Below, piece by piece: positions 31,692 to 36,167 of a DNA stretch of 36,167 nucleotides (within the stretch, counting starts at the first letter, position 1; each line of letters starts with the position of its first letter). A program made the translations under genes and the position numbers. The DNA comes from a virus. Its lineage: Duplodnaviria > Heunggongvirae > Uroviricota > Caudoviricetes. The notes below the pieces were generated by a model. That model did not search any database. It was not told where the DNA came from and worked only from the letters and a program-made list of their open reading frames with translations. The stretch lies in IMG/VR virus record IMGVR_UViG_2657245430_000003; one strand, given 5' to 3'.

Positions 31692-34600
31692 ATGGCAGTA
31701 AAGATTTCAGGTGTACTGAAAGACGGCACAGGAAAACCGGTACAGAACTGCACAATCCAGCTGAAAGCAAAACGTAACAGCACCACGGTGGTGGTGAACA
31801 CGCTGGCCTCAGAAAATCCGGATGAAGCCGGGCGTTACAGCATGGACGTTGAGTACGGTCAGTACAGCGTTATTCTGTTGGTGGAAGGATTCCCGCCGTC
31901 ACATGCCGGGACCATCACCGTGTATGAAGATTCCCGACCCGGTACGCTGAATGATTTTCTCGGTGCCATGACGGAGGATGATGCCCGTCCGGAGGCACTG
32001 CGCCGTTTTGAGCTGATGGTGGAAGAGGTGGCGCGTAACGCGTCCGCGGTGGCACAGAACACGGCAGCCGCGAAGAAATCAGCCAGCGATGCCAGCACAT
32101 CAGCCCGTGAGGCGGCAACCCATGCGACTGATGCTGCAGATTCAGCACGTGCAGCCAGCACGTCAGCCGGACAGGCCGCTTCGTCGGCTCAGTCAGCGTC
32201 TTCCAGCGCAGGAACGGCATCAACAAAGGCCACTGAAGCCTCAAAAAGTGCTGCCGCTGCAGAGTCCTCAAAAAGCGCGGCGGCTACCAGTGCCGGTGCG
32301 GCGAAAACGTTAGAAACGAATGCGGCAGCGTCACAACAATCAGCAGCCACTTCTGCATCCACCGCGACCACGAAAGCGTCAGAAGCTGCCACCTCAGCCC
32401 GGGATGCGTCGGCTTCAAAAGAGGCGGCAAAATCATCAGAAACGAACGCATCATCAAGCGCCAGTAGCGCAGCTTCCTCGGCGACGGCGGCTGCAAATTC
32501 TGCGAAGGCGGCCAAAACGTCCGAGACGAACGCCAGGTCTTCTGAAACGGCAGCGGGACAGAGTGCCTCAGCTGCGGCAGGCTCAAAAACAGCGGCTGCG
32601 TCGTCTGCCAGCGCCGCGTCAACAAGTGCCGGGCAGGCCTCAGCCAGTGCCACCGCCGCCGGAAAATCGGCAGAAAGCGCCGCATCATCCGCTTCAACAG
32701 CCACAACGAAGGCTGGCGAAGCCACTGAGCAGGCCACGGCAGCAGCGAGGTCAGCTTCCGCAGCGAAGACATCCGAAACGAACGCGAAAGCGTCGGAAAC
32801 CCGTGCAGAATCCTCAAAAACGGCTGCCGCATCGTCCGCCAGTTCGGCGGCGTCATCGGCATCATCGGCGTCTGCTTCAAAAGATGAGGCGACCAGACAG
32901 GCGTCAGCAGCGAAGGGCAGCGCCACGACGGCATCCACGAAGGCGACAGAGGCTGCTGGTAGTGCGACGGCAGCAGCTCAGAGCAAAAGTACGGCGGAAT
33001 CTGCAGCAACGCGCGCTGAGACAGCGGCAAAACGGGCAGAGGATATTGCATCCGCCGTGGCGCTTGAGGATGCGAGCACGACGAAAAAGGGGATAGTACA
33101 GCTCAGTAGTGCGACTAACAGCACTTCCGAGTCACTGGCGGCAACACCAAAAGCCGTTAAGGCCGCGTATGACCTGGCTAACGGGAAATACACCGCACAG
33201 GATGCAACGACAGCACAGAAAGGGATAATCCAGCTAAGCAGCGCGACCAACAGCACGTCTGAAACGCTGGCGGCAACGCCAAAGGCAGTAAAAGCAGCCA
33301 ATGACAATGCTGAGAAACGTCTGCAGAAAGATCAGAACGGTGCGGATATCCCTGGCAAAGACACCTTTACGAAAAATATTGGTGCCTGCCGTGCCTTCGG
33401 TGGGTCAGTAAGCACAACAACAGGAAACTGGACGACTGCACAGTTTATCGAGTGGCTGGATTCTCAGGGAGCATTTAACCATCCATACTGGATGTGCAAG
33501 GGTTCCTGGTCTTATGGCAATAATAAAATCATTACTGATACTGGCTGCGGTAATATTCATCTCGCCGGAGCTGTCATTGAAGTAATGGGGATAAAGTCAG
33601 CGATGACGATCCGCATTACCACTCCGACCACATCCAGCGGTGGCGGAACAACCAACGCCCAGTTTACCTATATTAATCACGGAACAGATTATTCACCTGG
33701 CTGGCGAAGGGACTATAACTCCAGAAATAAGCCAACGGCATCAGAGATCGGGGCGCTACCGTCAGGTGGAACAGCAGTATCATCAGTTAATCTGGCTTCA
33801 AAAGGTCGGGTAGCCGCGCTGACAGACAATACGCAGGGGGCAGCAGGTCTTGAGTTATACGAGGTGTATAACAACGGATATCCAACAGCGTATGGAAATA
33901 TCATTCACCTGAAAGGGATGACAGCCGTTGGCGAAGGTGAGTTACTCATCGGCTGGAGTGGTACAAGCGGTGCTCATGCTCCGGCATTTATTCGTTCACG
34001 ACGGGATACGACCGACGCAAACTGGTCGCCGTGGGCGCAGCTTTACACCTCGGCTCATCCTCCTGCAGAGTTTTATCCAGTCGGTGCACCAATCCCGTGG
34101 CCATCAGATACCGTTCCGTCTGGTTATGCCCTGATGCAGGGGCAGACTTTTGACAAATCTGCTTACCCGAAACTTGCAGCCGCTTATCCGTCAGGCGTGA
34201 TCCCTGATATGCGTGGCTGGACGATTAAGGGCAAGCCCGCCAGTGGTCGTGCCGTATTGTCTCAGGAACAGGATGGCATTAAATCGCACACCCACAGCGC
34301 CAGCGCATCCAGTACGGATTTGGGGACGAAAACCACATCGTCGTTTGATTACGGCACTAAATCCACGAATAACACCGGGGCGCATACGCACAGTCTGAGC
34401 GGCTCTACAAGTTCAGCTGGGGCCCACCAACATAGTCAGACTGGGCCCAGAACGAATAGCGGGAGTCAACCTACTGGAATGTTTCCGGCAGGGAGTACTC
34501 AAGTTAGCGGGACTAATCAGGTTGGTATCAGTGGCTCATTAACCAGTGGCACCTCCCAATGGGTAGGTAAATCATCTTCAGAAGGAAACCATACACACTC

Positions 34601-34775
34601 ACTGTCCGGCACAGCAGCATCTGCGGGTGCACACGCGCATACTGTCGGTATTGGTGCTCATACGCACTCTGTTGCGATTGGTTCACATGGACACACCATC
34701 ACCGTTAACGCTGCTGGTAACGCGGAAAACACCGTCAAAAACATCGCATTTAACTATATTGTGAGGCTCGCATAA
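31692..34775 (+). CDS. stf: side tail fibre protein Stf (mosaic)
   Basis: 1027 aa from the ATG at 31692. Lambda-like N-terminus [36 protein letters not shown], a long Ala/Ser/Thr low-complexity shaft, and a C-terminus with GAHTHSLSG / [15 protein letters not shown] His-rich repeats ending ...[18 protein letters not shown] as in lambda Stf. Confidence 0.9.
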   Translation: MAVKISGVLKDGTGKPVQNCTIQLKAKRNSTTVVVNTLASENPDEAGRYSMDVEYGQYSVILLVEGFPPSHAGTITVYEDSRPGTLNDFLGAMTEDDARPEALRRFELMVEEVARNASAVAQNTAAAKKSASDASTSAREAATHATDAADSARAASTSAGQAASSAQSASSSAGTASTKATEASKSAAAAESSKSAAATSAGAAKTLETNAAASQQSAATSASTATTKASEAATSARDASASKEAAKSSETNASSSASSAASSATAAANSAKAAKTSETNARSSETAAGQSASAAAGSKTAAASSASAASTSAGQASASATAAGKSAESAASSASTATTKAGEATEQATAAARSASAAKTSETNAKASETRAESSKTAAASSASSAASSASSASASKDEATRQASAAKGSATTASTKATEAAGSATAAAQSKSTAESAATRAETAAKRAEDIASAVALEDASTTKKGIVQLSSATNSTSESLAATPKAVKAAYDLANGKYTAQDATTAQKGIIQLSSATNSTSETLAATPKAVKAANDNAEKRLQKDQNGADIPGKDTFTKNIGACRAFGGSVSTTTGNWTTAQFIEWLDSQGAFNHPYWMCKGSWSYGNNKIITDTGCGNIHLAGAVIEVMGIKSAMTIRITTPTTSSGGGTTNAQFTYINHGTDYSPGWRRDYNSRNKPTASEIGALPSGGTAVSSVNLASKGRVAALTDNTQGAAGLELYEVYNNGYPTAYGNIIHLKGMTAVGEGELLIGWSGTSGAHAPAFIRSRRDTTDANWSPWAQLYTSAHPPAEFYPVGAPIPWPSDTVPSGYALMQGQTFDKSAYPKLAAAYPSGVIPDMRGWTIKGKPASGRAVLSQEQDGIKSHTHSASASSTDLGTKTTSSFDYGTKSTNNTGAHTHSLSGSTSSAGAHQHSQTGPRTNSGSQPTGMFPAGSTQVSGTNQVGISGSLTSGTSQWVGKSSSEGNHTHSLSGTAASAGAHAHTVGIGAHTHSVAIGSHGHTITVNAAGNAENTVKNIAFNYIVRLA

Positions 34776-35356
34776 TGGCATTCAGAATGAGTGAACAAGC
34801 ACGGACCATAAAAATTTATAACCTGCTGGCCGGAACTAATGAATTTATTGGTGAAGGTGACGCATATATTCCGCCTCATACAGGTCTGCCTGCAAACAGT
34901 ACCGATATTGCACCGCCAGATATTCCGGCTGGTTTCGTGGCTGTTTTCAACAGTGATGAGTCATCGTGGCATCTCGTTGAAGATCATCGGGGTAAAACGG
35001 TTTATGACGTGGCTTCCGGCGACGCGTTATTTATTTCTGAACTCGGCTCATTACCGGAAAATGTCACCTGGTTATCCCCGGAAGGGGAGTTTCAGAAGTG
35101 GAACGGCACAGCCTGGGTGAAGGATACGGAAGCAGAAAAACTGTTCCGGATCCGGGAGGCGGAAGAAACAAAAAACAGCCTGATGCAGGTAGCCAGTGAG
35201 CATATAGCGCCGCTTCAGGATGCTGTGGATCTGGAGATCGCAACGGAGAAAGAAACCTTGTTGCTGGAAGCTTGGAAAAAGTATCGGGTGTTGCTGAACC
35301 GTGTTGATACATCAACTGCACCGGATATTGAATGGCCAGTAGCACCTATAGGGTAA
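34775..35356 (+). CDS. tfa: tail fibre assembly protein Tfa
   Basis: 193 aa, [51 protein letters not shown].... Start overlaps the stf stop (TAATG). Confidence 0.9.
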   Translation: MAFRMSEQARTIKIYNLLAGTNEFIGEGDAYIPPHTGLPANSTDIAPPDIPAGFVAVFNSDESSWHLVEDHRGKTVYDVASGDALFISELGSLPENVTWLSPEGEFQKWNGTAWVKDTEAEKLFRIREAEETKNSLMQVASEHIAPLQDAVDLEIATEKETLLLEAWKKYRVLLNRVDTSTAPDIEWPVAPIG

Positions 35357-35440
35357 ATTCGTAATGATTACCTAAATACGTTATTCTTTTGTTAAAAAAG
35401 TGATTTTGCTATAGGTAGGGAGTATGTTCTTGGATTAAGA

Positions 35441-35473
35441 ATAAAAAATCGCCATGAAAGAGCTTCATGGCGA
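35441..35473 (-). terminator. candidate minus-strand intrinsic terminator
   Basis: Perfect 9-bp inverted repeat CGCCATGAA-AGAGC-TTCATGGCG at 35450-35472. On the minus strand it is followed by ATTTTTTAT. There is no T-run on the plus strand. Confidence 0.45.
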
Positions 35474-36105
35474 GTACATAAACGTACAAAATGTGATGAA
35501 AGTAGAGTGGCGTAAGCCACTATATTAAGATATGACAATAGCGAAGAAAAGTAAATAACATTTTATGGACGTTTAATTGTTAATTATAAAAACTAGAGTG
35601 CCCGATATTGTTTATCTTGCTTTAAAATAATGTACTCAAACCAAATTTTTGAGCTAAAAGCTCAAATAATATAAATGCAATAATAATGTTTAATAAGACA
35701 ATTAGCTTGCTTTGTATTTTCATTTCGGAATACTGTTAAGTAACTTTGATGACCCTAACAATAGATCGGAATTTTCTTAGAGTCAATGGTCACTGTTTTT
35801 GCTTGCAAAGCAAATGTTTTGGTGGTTATAAGTCGTCTTAATATAGTCACGCATGCAACTTGTTCCATGCGGAGATTAAAGATTGGAATATAACGCGAAG
35901 ATGGAATTAAATTACATTTGCAATAATTAATTTATTATTACTCAATAATTACCGATATTATTATTGTAAATTAATCATTAGAATGCAAAAAGAAATGTAA
36001 CGGCAAAATAAGAGGACGATAGCTGAGAAAAAAGCGTGCTTTCCCAATCTGGGGCAAATCACGTCTGAATGACACCTGAAAACAGGTGGTAGCCTCAAGA
36101 AGGCT

Positions 36106-36167
36106 GGTGATGCTGCCAACTTACTGATTTAGTGTATGATGGTGTTTTTGAGGTGCTCCAGTGGCTT
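36106..36167 (+). mobile_element. IS1 left end (terminal inverted repeat and first nucleotides of insA), truncated by the window edge
   Basis: GGTGATGCTGCCAACTTACTGATTTAGTGTATGATGGTGTTTTTGAGGTGCTCCAGTGGCTT matches the IS1 left terminus from memory. The GTG at 36161 would be the insA start. Confidence 0.8.

Noticed and set aside
31859-33100. Ala/Ser/Thr repeat tract considered as a possible antifreeze- or adhesin-like independent gene
   Set aside because: It is in frame and continuous with the Stf N-terminus and the lambda-like C-terminus, so it is the fibre shaft.
32089-33307. Arg/Pro/Gln-rich + ORF (32320-33096) and Ala/Asp-rich - ORFs overlapping the stf shaft
   Set aside because: These are alternative-frame readings of the low-complexity GC-rich Ala/Ser-coding repeat region of stf. 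Composition-driven, not genes.

Overview
This window is the late (virion structural) region of a lambda-like (lambdoid) phage or prophage, read left to right on the + strand. It runs from the cos site through terminase, portal, capsid, tail, tape measure, tail tip, J, lom, stf and tfa, and the predicted proteins are close to phage lambda's as I recall them. Three things depart from a plain lambda map. (1) From about 16254 onward the sequence is broken by N characters at 16254, 18723, 21287-21297, 24986, 26425 and 29190, and at every N the sequence jumps back to an earlier point in the L-K-I-J block. The copies differ by scattered substitutions, so this part is most likely a scaffold of contigs from several paralogous prophages, not a real tandem amplification; gene order across the Ns should not be trusted. 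(2) Just left of cos, on the - strand, sits a two-gene insertion: a small ribbon-helix-helix-like protein followed by a very AT-rich 136-141 aa protein I do not recognise. This is the best candidate in the window for an undescribed accessory module (toxin-antitoxin, exclusion or defence), but it is a hypothesis only. (3) The tail-fibre end carries two different J C-terminal domains, one intact and one deleted lom, an IS21-family transposase fragment, a mosaic 1027-aa stf, and an AT-rich non-coding stretch ending in the left end of IS1. No CRISPR array, tRNA or rRNA was seen. All comparisons to lambda are from memory; no database search was run.
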